48,466 nucleotides of DNA, from assembly GCA_043718025.1 (NCBI GenBank), contig JAYSWN010000189.1:1-48466 (forward strand), read 5' to 3'. This document shows, piece after piece, positions 8,504-18,100 of this stretch. Position numbers and translations under genes: made by a program. Numbering within the stretch: position 1 is the first letter of the stretch; every line of letters starts with the position of its first letter. Below the pieces are notes generated by a model that worked only from the letters and a program-made list of their open reading frames with translations, was not told the origin of the DNA and made no database searches. The DNA is from Pseudomonadota bacterium. Its GTDB lineage: Bacteria; Bdellovibrionota; FAC87; UBA2466.

Positions 8504-10642
8504 CTATTCTTTTTTTGCGCCCAATAAGTCAGCCCAACCGGTTAGCGCGATCTTATGAAGGCGATAAAATGGGCCTCCCCTCACAACGAGATCAGTTGCC
8601 TTTGGGCTTTTTTGCAGAAGGGCTTCAATTTTTCTCTCCTCGGCCTTAAATTTTTCCAACGTCAGCTCAAACGGTGCAAACCCCAATTGCTTCTCAACCA
8701 CTTCGAGGGGCAGGCGGCCGTTCTGGTAGGCCTCTTCAGGGTCAAACTTCAGCCCTAAAAAAATGCCAAAACCTTCTTTAAAATGAGCGCCGTTGCTATG
8801 GGCCTCGGCGACATAAAGGGGCTCACTAGCTCCCGGCGCCGTCACCAAATCTTTACCGCTGGACACGTAGACGGAGTGTTCATAGCGAACTTCTTCACGA
8901 CTCAGCAGCTGATCTTCAAAACCCTTTTTCCGCATGAGATACGCCTCGGCGTCTCCGCTTACGTACTCAATTTGCACCCCGTTAGCCGCGTAAAAATGAA
9001 GCGCCAGCCGATAATCGAGTGGCTTGGTTTTCAACTTAGGAACCCAAAAGGACAAACGCCGATCGCCATTTTCTTTTTCAGTCAAAAAAGTTCGTACCCC
9101 ATGTTCCCAAGACAGTTTCCAACCCAACACTTTTTCTAAAGGAAACGGCACCCCGGCTCTTGGGTTTTTCGGTCCCGAAATTTTACCGCCCGCGGCCGTA
9201 AGTTCGTCATTGCAAGCCGTCTCGCGGAAGGGCTGCTCTTTGTCTTTCTTGGTAAGAGCGTTTGGCAGCAAATTTTTTTCTCGCCAGTTGTGCATCGCAA
9301 ATGTCCGTAAAACAAAACACGCGGGCAGTTCACGATTAGGAGCGATCGTATCGAGCGGCACGTGCACCCAGGCGCCAACTGCCTTGGGATGAGTGATGCG
9401 AGTCAATTCAGTGCTTGGGTTCGGAGCTTGGTAACCGAGTGACGCCTCAAGCGCGGCGGCAGATTTTTCTGCTCGGGCCCACTCGTCGCCCCCGTACTTA
9501 TTCAGTTTTCCAGCATAAGAATTGCGGTATGCCCTGGCCAAATTCCGTAAGTCAGCATTTTCGTCGGTATCACGAATCGCCCAAACGGCCTGTGGACTCA
9601 TTTTTCGCAACGCCTTTCGTGCCTGCTCCGGCATTTCGCGGACAAAGTTTTTAAAGGCTTTAAAAACCGGGTCCAGGTTGCGCAGCCGAATCGCAAACAT
9701 TTGCACGATGTCGGCTTGTCTTTCGGCAACGGCCATGTTTCCACCCGGACCGTGACTTTCTACCGTCTTAGTGACCATCGGCTTGATCAGTTCCTGCTCA
9801 ATAAATTGCCGGTCGCCCGCGTCTTTTCCCGCCCGAGCCCGCGCCACCACTTTTTTCAAGAAAGGGTCAAAGATGTCGGCATAGGGCAAACTGTTGAATG
9901 GAATCTCAAGGCTAGTGCCAACAAAATAATCGAACGAGTTTTTCCATTCTAATAGCTCGTCAAGTTGGCCAGAAACGCAGGCATCGACCAAAACGCCATC
10001 GAATTTGCCGTGGGGAATTAGCGGCACCGCACGCGTAGCGTCCTCGCGATAGACCTCTTCCATTACCCGCCGAAGTTCGTAGTTCTTCATCAGGTTGGCG
10101 GTCTCAAGATCTTTTCCATCAACGTGAAAGTCCATCATCATGCCCAGTTTTCCCCAAGAATGGCCCTGCAAAATCAAAAAGTAATGTTTGGCGGGATACG
10201 CTTGAATGGCCCAGTTAATGAATTTTTTTAGTGGCACCGGGTCCGAGGAATCGAGTTCGTCGTAGACAAACGTCGGGTCAATTTCACGAATCTTTTTTTC
10301 GTCGATACCCGCGCTTCCCAAAATTCCTTTTGGTGTTTGAGGTAGGTACTCAAAACGACGGCGCCATTTTTTGTTGCGCATCACATCGTCGGTGTCGTCA
10401 CCCGACGCGTCGTACTGCAACACGATGGCCACTTCCTCTTTGGCCCGCAACGCTTCAATATTTTCAAAGCCTTTCAGTACCCTCGTCGCCGAATCGGCAA
10501 AGTCGCTTTCACGTTCTTTGGAACCTTCATCGGCCGCGGAGTAGACGAGAATCGTCCACTCCTTAAGGTGCGAACTATTTTTGGAAAAGGCGTGGGTACC
10601 AAGCAATGATAAAAACGCGACGATGGCTAACCCGAACCGCAT
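8504..10642 (-). CDS. Secreted clostripain-related cysteine peptidase (family C11)
   Basis: Start moved to ATG 10642 (GGGGAG RBS, signal peptide). Motifs KEWTILVYSAAD, LKKFINWAIQAYPAKHYFLILQGHSWG (His), VLVDAC (Cys), D-NADL. Confidence 0.85.
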   Translation of the reverse strand: MRFGLAIVAFLSLLGTHAFSKNSSHLKEWTILVYSAADEGSKERESDFADSATRVLKGFENIEALRAKEEVAIVLQYDASGDDTDDVMRNKKWRRRFEYLPQTPKGILGSAGIDEKKIREIDPTFVYDELDSSDPVPLKKFINWAIQAYPAKHYFLILQGHSWGKLGMMMDFHVDGKDLETANLMKNYELRRVMEEVYREDATRAVPLIPHGKFDGVLVDACVSGQLDELLEWKNSFDYFVGTSLEIPFNSLPYADIFDPFLKKVVARARAGKDAGDRQFIEQELIKPMVTKTVESHGPGGNMAVAERQADIVQMFAIRLRNLDPVFKAFKNFVREMPEQARKALRKMSPQAVWAIRDTDENADLRNLARAYRNSYAGKLNKYGGDEWARAEKSAAALEASLGYQAPNPSTELTRITHPKAVGAWVHVPLDTIAPNRELPACFVLRTFAMHNWREKNLLPNALTKKDKEQPFRETACNDELTAAGGKISGPKNPRAGVPFPLEKVLGWKLSWEHGVRTFLTEKENGDRRLSFWVPKLKTKPLDYRLALHFYAANGVQIEYVSGDAEAYLMRKKGFEDQLLSREEVRYEHSVYVSSGKDLVTAPGASEPLYVAEAHSNGAHFKEGFGIFLGLKFDPEEAYQNGRLPLEVVEKQLGFAPFELTLEKFKAEERKIEALLQKSPKATDLVVRGGPFYRLHKIALTGWADLLGAKKE

Positions 10643-10986
10643 AAATGAACTCCCCGTTAATAAAAAACCCAAGAATGGCTGACCCGGAATTTGGCCGAAT
10701 TATGAAGTGGGGTAAAGCAGTGAGCGCGCAGCGTTATAACGCTTGCCTTCAGGTGTACGTTATTGATTAGGCAGGCCAGCTTAACGTTTTAAAATCATTA
10801 AATATCTATCGTAAAGGTCGCGATTTCAGGCGTTAGGTCGGCCCGACAGTTCGTAGTTAACCATGCGAATTACCTAGAAAAATCGTCTGATCTTTATTTG
10901 CTACTGTCTGCAGTTTACGCACCGAAGGCCAGTCGTAAAACGTCTTAACCAACCGAATTTATGAAGCTAAAGATTCCCAGGCCGCC

Positions 10987-11003
10987 CCGGTATCGTCTTT
11001 GCA
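10987..11003 (+). promoter_or_regulatory. Putative sigma-54 promoter
   Basis: CCGGTATCGTCTTTGCA: GG-N10-GC with a perfect TTGCA, about 90 bp upstream of ATG 11094, in a ~450-bp intergenic region. Confidence 0.5.
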
Positions 11004-11093
11004 TTCTCTAGGAATACGCCCGCACAACATCGTCCGACATCACACCAAAACGCTTTCGACCAAAAGTTTTTCTTTCACCGGAGTGATGAAACA

Positions 11094-11966
11094 ATGAAAC
11101 GCATTTTCACTGTATTACTAGCCCCCACTTTACTCGCCAGTGCCTACGCTCAGGCGGCTGACAAACAATGGAAACCAACCAATGCTGCCAAAGCAGAACG
11201 CCGTTTAAAAAACGATCGGCGCGTTGCCTCAGTTCCCGTCTACTCGAACCGAAACGAATACCGCAGCAGCCGCAGCGCCGGCCAAAAAGAAGGTTTGGAA
11301 TTTAGAATCGGAATTGCGGCCGGGGCAGGAATGCAGAGTCAGTCCTCTTCCACCAGCGGTACGCTCGATGTTGGAACCGCACCGACGGTCGGCATTAGCG
11401 CCGATATCAAGAACTGGAAATACGTTGGAATTGAAGAAGACGCTTACTTTCAGCTGACCGGATCTACCCCTCCGGTGGGCGGCTCTCAAGACTCGTCACA
11501 AGGCCTGGGAAGTTTCACCACGCTAAAAGGGCAATATGCCTTCTCCCTCGGCGACGTCAAAATCACCCCCAAAGGTGGCGTGGGCTTCGCCTACCAGCGG
11601 CGCACCGATAAGTCGGCAAGTTTGGCCAGCACCGTCGACGCCAGCATGACGGCCATGGGCGTGTTCGGCATGATCGGTATCGATTTAGAACCGTTTCGCA
11701 ACTTTACCCTTACCGCCGATTACGCACGTTCAGTCACCGCTGATGTCGAATTTAAATCGGGAACAGTCGAGCAAACCGCCGCCAACCCCAAATTTGACCG
11801 AATCCGGATTGGTGGCTTTTACCAATTCATTCCCGGACTGCACGGTGGCGTTCAGTACATTCAACGTGGCATTGAATTTAGCCAGCCTTCGTTGACCCCG
11901 GGTGCCAGTGCGACCGGCACGGTTTTGCTTCGGCAAATTCAAGCCGTGTTTCAGTACGACTTATAA
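11094..11966 (+). CDS. Outer-membrane beta-barrel protein with basic N-terminal extension
   Basis: GGAG RBS; signal peptide; alternating amphipathic strands; C-terminal VFQYDL. Confidence 0.75.
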   Translation: MKRIFTVLLAPTLLASAYAQAADKQWKPTNAAKAERRLKNDRRVASVPVYSNRNEYRSSRSAGQKEGLEFRIGIAAGAGMQSQSSSTSGTLDVGTAPTVGISADIKNWKYVGIEEDAYFQLTGSTPPVGGSQDSSQGLGSFTTLKGQYAFSLGDVKITPKGGVGFAYQRRTDKSASLASTVDASMTAMGVFGMIGIDLEPFRNFTLTADYARSVTADVEFKSGTVEQTAANPKFDRIRIGGFYQFIPGLHGGVQYIQRGIEFSQPSLTPGASATGTVLLRQIQAVFQYDL

Positions 11967-11994
11967 AACTTAAATTTCATCATCACCCCCAATT

Positions 11995-12044
11995 AAAAAG
12001 GTGGCCCGCAAAGCACTGAAAAGTGGTTAGCCGGTCACCTTTTT
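11995..12044 (+). terminator. Long hairpin terminator, potentially bidirectional
   Basis: AAAAAGGTGGCC...GGTCACCTTTTT outer stem, inner CACT-GAAA-AGTG stem-loop, followed by GTTTTT. Confidence 0.7.
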
Positions 12045-12096
12045 GTTTTTGCCGTTTTAGTTTTCTTGGGAACACCGTGGCGCTTATACTCGCCCC

Positions 12097-12597
12097 ATGA
12101 ATTGCCGGGTTATTTACGCGCTAATCCTCGTAACGGTGGCACTGGGCCAAACCGCCGCTGCAGCCTGCCTCAGCCAGCCCCTTCACCGGGGATTTCAACT
12201 CGGGGTTGGGGTGCAAAATTTCATGCTCGGAAATCAGCTAGACTTTGAGCTTCAGGCTCCGGGATACGCCGTTACCGTCGGCCATTCGTGGGGAAGCGAC
12301 GGCCTTTACCTCACCGCGCAAATTGCCTCGTCAACCAACTTTTCGCTCGTCTCCGCCGAGGCGAGCTATCGGCACATTATCGACACTCCGTTTATGAGCG
12401 TATTCGGTCTGCTGGGCGGTTTTTTGATGAGCTACGGCACCACCACTTCAGTGCGACACGATTTGGCCGGGGCGATCGGTGGGGCCGGGCTAATCATCCT
12501 TTTTTCGGAGGCCGTGGAGTTCGATTTTTTCTTGAAAGGCTACCTGCACAACGAATCATTCATGGCGGGGGGAGGAACCTTCTTGTTCCGACTCTAG
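12097..12597 (+). CDS. Hypothetical small outer-membrane beta-barrel-like protein
   Basis: Signal peptide; Gly/aromatic-rich amphipathic strands; ends GGGTFLFRL. Confidence 0.6.
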   Translation: MNCRVIYALILVTVALGQTAAAACLSQPLHRGFQLGVGVQNFMLGNQLDFELQAPGYAVTVGHSWGSDGLYLTAQIASSTNFSLVSAEASYRHIIDTPFMSVFGLLGGFLMSYGTTTSVRHDLAGAIGGAGLIILFSEAVEFDFFLKGYLHNESFMAGGGTFLFRL

Positions 12598-12601
12598 CGT
12601 C

Positions 12602-13225
12602 TTAGTGTTTAACCGCAATTAAAATGCCCAAAATCAGGATGGCCAGCAGCGTACTTTTTTCACTCTTGATTGCATTGCCTAACCGGAAGGCGTGAGGCGA
12701 ACTCTCGATCTTGCGAGAAATTCCAGGCACCCACCGGGGCACCTTAGCCCGGTAATTTTCATACGCCGCCCCAAAGGTATTCTCCAGAAGGGACTCTTCA
12801 TATTCGGTAATCAGGAAATACTGAAGAATGGTGTAGCAACCAAAAGCCAGCGTAAGCCAAACAAAACCGAACAAAAAACCGATGGCCACGTAGATTAGAA
12901 AGTTTCCAATATATAAGGGGTTTCTGCACCAGCGGTAGGGCCCGGCGTGAACCAAAACCGGCACCTGGTCGCCGCGAGTTCGGGTGACACTTCCAGCGTA
13001 ACCCACCGCCCAAAGTCTAAGGGCTTCACCAGCCAGGGCGATCAACACTAACCCGGCGAACACTGGCTTTGGCCACGACACTTCGGACGGCAGAAGCACA
13101 AAGAGAACCAGAAAGGGGATAGGTGAGTAGCTGCGCAATCGGAACCAGGTTCGGCCCCAGCGGGTCAGCAAATCTTCACTACGACCGGACGCGCTGCCCG
13201 AAGAAATGGCTTGAGATTTCGACAT
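12602..13225 (-). CDS. Isoprenylcysteine carboxylmethyltransferase/PEMT family membrane methyltransferase
   Basis: GEALRLWA, LVHAGPYRWCRNPLYIG, EE--L---FG--Y--YR-KVPRWVP. Start moved to ATG 13225 to avoid overlap with tdk. Confidence 0.85.
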   Translation of the reverse strand: MSKSQAISSGSASGRSEDLLTRWGRTWFRLRSYSPIPFLVLFVLLPSEVSWPKPVFAGLVLIALAGEALRLWAVGYAGSVTRTRGDQVPVLVHAGPYRWCRNPLYIGNFLIYVAIGFLFGFVWLTLAFGCYTILQYFLITEYEESLLENTFGAAYENYRAKVPRWVPGISRKIESSPHAFRLGNAIKSEKSTLLAILILGILIAVKH

Positions 13226-13303
13226 TTTTTCATCGAACCATGGCCAGCCCCACTTAGTAAAGTTTGGATTTTCGGTCCTAAAACTGTTAAGAGGAAAGTC
13301 TCC

Positions 13304-13912
13304 ATGAGCTTCCAATTAACTGCCGTACAAAATTGTGGCTGGGTCGAAGTCGTCTGCGGAAGCATGTTCAGCGGTAAGACCGAAGAGCTGATACGCCGCC
13401 TGAAGCGCGCACAAATTGCCCGCGTCAAGATTCAGATTTTTAAGCCTCAAATCGATGATCGCTACTCGGCTGACCACGTGATGAGCCACTCTTTGTTAAA
13501 GCTAGAAGCCACTCGCATTACCAACGCCGAAGAAATTTTGACGCTATTAGACGACAATGCCCGCGTGGTGGGCATCGATGAAGCGCAGTTTTTTTCTTCG
13601 GCATTGGTTGAGGTGGTTCAACGCCTTGCCAACCGCGGGCTACGCGTAATTGTTGCCGGCCTCGACATGGACTATCGTGGCGTTCCATTTGGACCCATGC
13701 CACAGTTAATGGCCACGGCCGAATACGTTACTAAAATGTCGGCAATTTGCACTTCGTGTGGAAATCCGGCCAGCCGCAGCCAACGTTTGACCCGACAGGT
13801 CTCGCAAGAGGCCGCCCAGAAAGTGGAAGCCGCCGGCCAGGTGTTAGTTGGCGGAGAAGACTTTTACGAAGCTCGTTGCCGCCGATGCTTTGAAGCTCCA
13901 ACCCAAAAGTAA
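13304..13912 (+). CDS. tdk: Thymidine kinase
   Basis: GSMFSGKTEEL, IDEAQF, VAGLDMD, zinc motifs CTSC and CRRC; ATG 13304 has a GAGG RBS. Confidence 0.96.
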   Translation: MSFQLTAVQNCGWVEVVCGSMFSGKTEELIRRLKRAQIARVKIQIFKPQIDDRYSADHVMSHSLLKLEATRITNAEEILTLLDDNARVVGIDEAQFFSSALVEVVQRLANRGLRVIVAGLDMDYRGVPFGPMPQLMATAEYVTKMSAICTSCGNPASRSQRLTRQVSQEAAQKVEAAGQVLVGGEDFYEARCRRCFEAPTQK

Positions 13913-13915
13913 ATT

Positions 13916-14596
13916 ATGAACCCCGTAAGTACTGATGCACGAATCGACTGGGAAATTTCCCGCAAAGAATTTTCGCAGTTCGAAGATTTTTGGAAAGATA
14001 GAGCAGTCATTGCGCCCGAACTTTTTCAACGCGGTACCCGAGTGTGGTTTGAAATAGGCGCTGGCACCGGCGGCTTCTTTCACTCACTCTCGCAACTACA
14101 CGACGACGTCACTTTTTTGGCCATGGAGCGCGGTCGGCACCGAGCACGAGCCCTGGTAAAAAAATCGCAGCGGCTGGCGCGGCAAAATTTTGTTGGTATT
14201 CGGGGTAACGCCGTACCCACCATGATCCATTCGGTGCCTACCGGTTCATTAGAGCGGATTTATATTTTGTACCCCTGCCCCTGGCCGAAAAACTCGCACC
14301 GTAAAAACCGTTGGTATTTGCACCCCATCATGCCACACATTCTTAGAGCGTTGAAACCGGGTGGCCTGGTGGTATGGGCCAGCGACCAAAAATTTTATAT
14401 CGATGAAGCCCGCTACGTTTGTGAAAAGCATTACGCGACGGAGGTGCTTTCGCACGGCGAAATCAAAGCCAACGAATGGAACGACCTCGAAAAATTCAAT
14501 GGTGGCCGCACCAAGTTTGAGGCAGACTTTTTGGGGCAGGGATTACCCTGTTATGAACTGGTAGTGCGTAAGGGAGCGACCTCCCTGATTCACTAA
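13916..14596 (+). CDS. trmB: tRNA (guanine-N7)-methyltransferase, divergent
   Basis: EIGAGTG SAM motif, YPCPWPK--H-K-R (canonical FPDPWPK), LKPGG, TKFE. Confidence 0.8.
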   Translation: MNPVSTDARIDWEISRKEFSQFEDFWKDRAVIAPELFQRGTRVWFEIGAGTGGFFHSLSQLHDDVTFLAMERGRHRARALVKKSQRLARQNFVGIRGNAVPTMIHSVPTGSLERIYILYPCPWPKNSHRKNRWYLHPIMPHILRALKPGGLVVWASDQKFYIDEARYVCEKHYATEVLSHGEIKANEWNDLEKFNGGRTKFEADFLGQGLPCYELVVRKGATSLIH

Positions 14597-14656
14597 ACCC
14601 TGCCCCTACTTCTTCCGTTGTCTCGATTCTTGGTTTCGCCTTGGCGAATCAGAAAA

Positions 14657-15049
14657 CTAGAAAAGTCCTTTTTTACTCACGACGCAACCGTCCTGAGCCT
14701 CCAAGGTCTTCTCATCTTTTTCTCCAACGTGTAAAGTTACCGAGGCCGTCAGTCGCGTTTCGTTAAAATCGATGCCAAGAACGTCATTCTTCCTGGTCGA
14801 GTTTTTATCAACCCCTTCAAAGTAATACATCCACTGCGGGGGCTCAGTCTCACCCAACTTCTGGGTCTTTAACGGCACTATGACCTTTGAATCATTGTCG
14901 TAAAAACCGGCTTTTTTCTTGGTCAGGTCAACGCGAATGGTCCACTCCTCGGTGCCGCCTACATTCGCACACGAAAACTTCGTGTCTTTTGCATGCGCCG
15001 TGATTCCCGTCAGGACGAATAACAGACCAATAATCTCTAAATTTTTCAC
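14657..15049 (-). CDS. Hypothetical secreted protein
   Basis: GTG 15049 follows GGAGGAGG; signal peptide ending AHA; one Cys near each end of the mature chain. Confidence 0.75.
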   Translation of the reverse strand: MKNLEIIGLLFVLTGITAHAKDTKFSCANVGGTEEWTIRVDLTKKKAGFYDNDSKVIVPLKTQKLGETEPPQWMYYFEGVDKNSTRKNDVLGIDFNETRLTASVTLHVGEKDEKTLEAQDGCVVSKKGLF

Positions 15050-15173
15050 AACTACCTCCTCCAATGCCTTCCGGCAGTTACTATAGACAAGAGGTACAGG
15101 GAAGTGGCGCGTAGCGTCAACTCATCGCCGCTTAAACTGTATACAGGTGGTTCGCGATTTTTTTAAAGAGAAG

Positions 15174-18100
15174 TTACTGCAATCTCACGCTGGTCATCTT
15201 TGAAACGCCAGCCTTCTCCATGGTGACGCCGTAAAGGGCTTCGGCAATTTCCATCGTCTTCTTATTGTGCGTAATCACGATGAACTGCGTTTTCTCCGCC
15301 ATCTTTTTCACGACGGTATTAAAGCGCGATACGTTAGCGTCATCGAGCGGCGCATCCACCTCATCGAGGAGGCAGAACGGGCTTGGTTTGCGCGCGAAGA
15401 TCGAAAGCACTAGGCTAACCGCGGTCAAGGCTTTCTCACCACCGGAGAGCACGGTGATACTTTGTAGCTTCTTACCCGGAGGCTGAACCAGAATATCCAC
15501 CCCTGATTCTAGAATAGAATCGGGGGAAGTGAGGGCCAATTCGCCTTTTCCGCCGCCGAACAAGATGGGGAAAATTTCGGCAAACTTGAGCTGCACGGCT
15601 TCGAAGGTTTCGGTAAAACGGGCCTTGGTAGAGATATCGATCTTCTCAATTGCCTGCTGCAAGATGCCCATCGATTTTTCAAGATCGGCCTTTTGCGTGG
15701 TTAAAAATTCAAAACGGGTCTGAATCTCATCAAACTCGTGAATCGCAGTAAGGTTTACCTCACCGTAACGGCCCACTTTTTCGCGGATGGTCTTGACGTG
15801 ATCTTTGAGCAGAATTTCGCGATCGGTTTCGTTAAGCGTGCCCCACACCTCAGCCGTTTGATCCTGAAGTAACGGTAGCGACGCGATATCAATAGGCGTT
15901 TCTGGCGATAGCGGGGCCGCGTGGCGCTGATAACGCTCTTGCGCCAAACCCAACAGGCTCTCAAGCTTCGAGCTGTCGGTTTGAACCTTAAGTTCACTGT
16001 CACTCTGCTCTTTCAAGCAAAGGTCGCGCTGCTTCTGAGTCGCGTGAATCTGTTCGCGCAGATCCGAAAGCTGAGTGTGCATTTCATTTAATGCACCTTT
16101 CACGTCGGCAAGCTTTACCTGCAATGCTTCCCATACGGTTTTCGTCTCTTCACCGCCGCGGCGAAGGTCATCCGTTTTGGTGCCGAACCCTTCGATCTCA
16201 GCCTCGAACGACCTTAAATTGGTCTCCATCTGAGTCTGCTTGCGGGTCAAATTGCCAATGGTGTCGTCGGCTTCGAAAATACGATCTTCGAGACTGCGAA
16301 AACGCTCTTTTTGGGCAGAACGATCGACTCGCAACCCTTCTAAGATCTTCTTAAGTGAATCAGACTGTTGCCGAAGCTCTAACGATCGGGCATCCAAACG
16401 CCCAAGCTCGCCATTCGCCTCGTCCCATCGTTCGCTCAAACCGCGAAACTCTTCGTCTAACGCGATGATGCGCTCTTGAGCTTCCGAGGCCTGCTCTTCA
16501 AGCCGCTCAATTTCGCTTCGATTACGCTGATCTTCCCGTTTTAAACGTTCCAGCTCAAAACCTTGATTCTCTTTTTCCTTACGGGCTTCGATACTTTGCA
16601 CATGCAGCGTCGATAAACGCTGTTTGAGATCTTCTTTTGTCTTTTCTTGCCGCTTTAACTGATCGAGGAGCCCCTCGCGGCGGCTCGATAGATCGGCAAT
16701 CGCATTTTCAAGATCGGCGCAAATCTGTATCAGCTCTTGAATTTCGCGACGACGCGAAAACACACCACTGGTGGTGGCAGGTTTTCCGGCGCTTAGAGAC
16801 TGGTCAGAATGGGCCACCACCCGACTTTCGCGGGTAATAAGCGACAAGCCCGTCGCCGACGTGCGTAAATCAAAGAGCGTGGTGCGGTTGGCCGCAATCG
16901 CCAGGCTGCCGAAAAAGTGCGACACCACCGATTCGTATCCGGCGGCCGCCCTAATTCGGGTGGTCAACGGCTCTACGTTGGGCGGAAAAACCCGCATGGT
17001 GGTTTCCATCGACAGAGCGTTGATTTCAGAAAGCGAAATCAATTTCACGCGATCCAATCCGCGCTCTTCAATGACTTCGGCCAAACGCCGAAGCTCAACC
17101 GAATCTTTCACCACCAACGTGTTCAACTCTTGGCCCAAGATCAACTCTACTAAGTCTTCAACATCCGACTCAGGATGAATGGCTTCGGCGAGCGGTACGG
17201 CAGAAACACCGTACTCATCAAGTTTCAAAAGAATTTCGCGCGCCGAAGGCGCATACCCTTCCAGGTTTTTTTGCAGCTCAGCAAGTGATTCTTGTCGTGA
17301 TTTCTGTCCGTGGAAGGCCTTTCGCTTTTCAAAAAGCTCGCTCTCCACATCCGAAAGTTCGGACGACAAACGCTCGGCGGTAGAACCAACTTCGGTAACT
17401 TCGTTCTTCGCCACCTCGATTAACTTGGCGGTCTGCTCAATGGCCTGGTCTTTGGCCATTAGGCTCGAGGTAATTTCAGCGGTCTGATCGTCAAGCGCCG
17501 ACATCTCAGTCTGAATGCGATCGATGTGCCGGCACCCTTCCTCGATTTTTTGAGTCAGGTTTTGCTTCTGCGCATCAAGTCGGGTCTGTTGATTTTGAGT
17601 TTCGTTTTTTAACTGTACCAGCCGAATGCGTTCGCCTTCATTTTCACCGAACAAGCGCTGAACTTCATTCAACTCCAATTCACGAGCCGAAAGGTCGGAC
17701 TCTAGCTGCGATTCGCTTTCGATGAGCTTGTCGCGTTCTGTTTCGTCAGAGATCCGCTCTTCTTCCGCCGCGCTCTGGGCCTGCGCCAATTCGTCCAACT
17801 CCACACGAATGGTCTCGCACTGGGTCAAAAGATTTTGACGGCGCTCGGCCAACAGCTCAAGCTCGCTCTCCAATTTTTGAATCGCCAGCAAGGCGTTCCG
17901 CTCATCGAAGCTCAGCTTTTCAAACTCTTTTTCGCGATCTAAGCGTTTTACTTCAGTTTCGGTAGCTTCTGCCTCTTGGCGGCCCAGGGTGGCATCGAGC
18001 TCTGAGCGTTCATTGGTGAGGGTGTCGCGGCGCCCAGAGTTTTTCTCGAGCTCACGCTTCACGTCATAAAGGTCGCGGCCGATTAAAAATAAATCTAGAG

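Noticed and set aside
13211..13315. Apparent head-to-head overlap of tdk and the ICMT-family gene
   Set aside because: An artefact of the longest-ORF starts; ATGs at 13304 and 13225 leave a 78-bp divergent spacer
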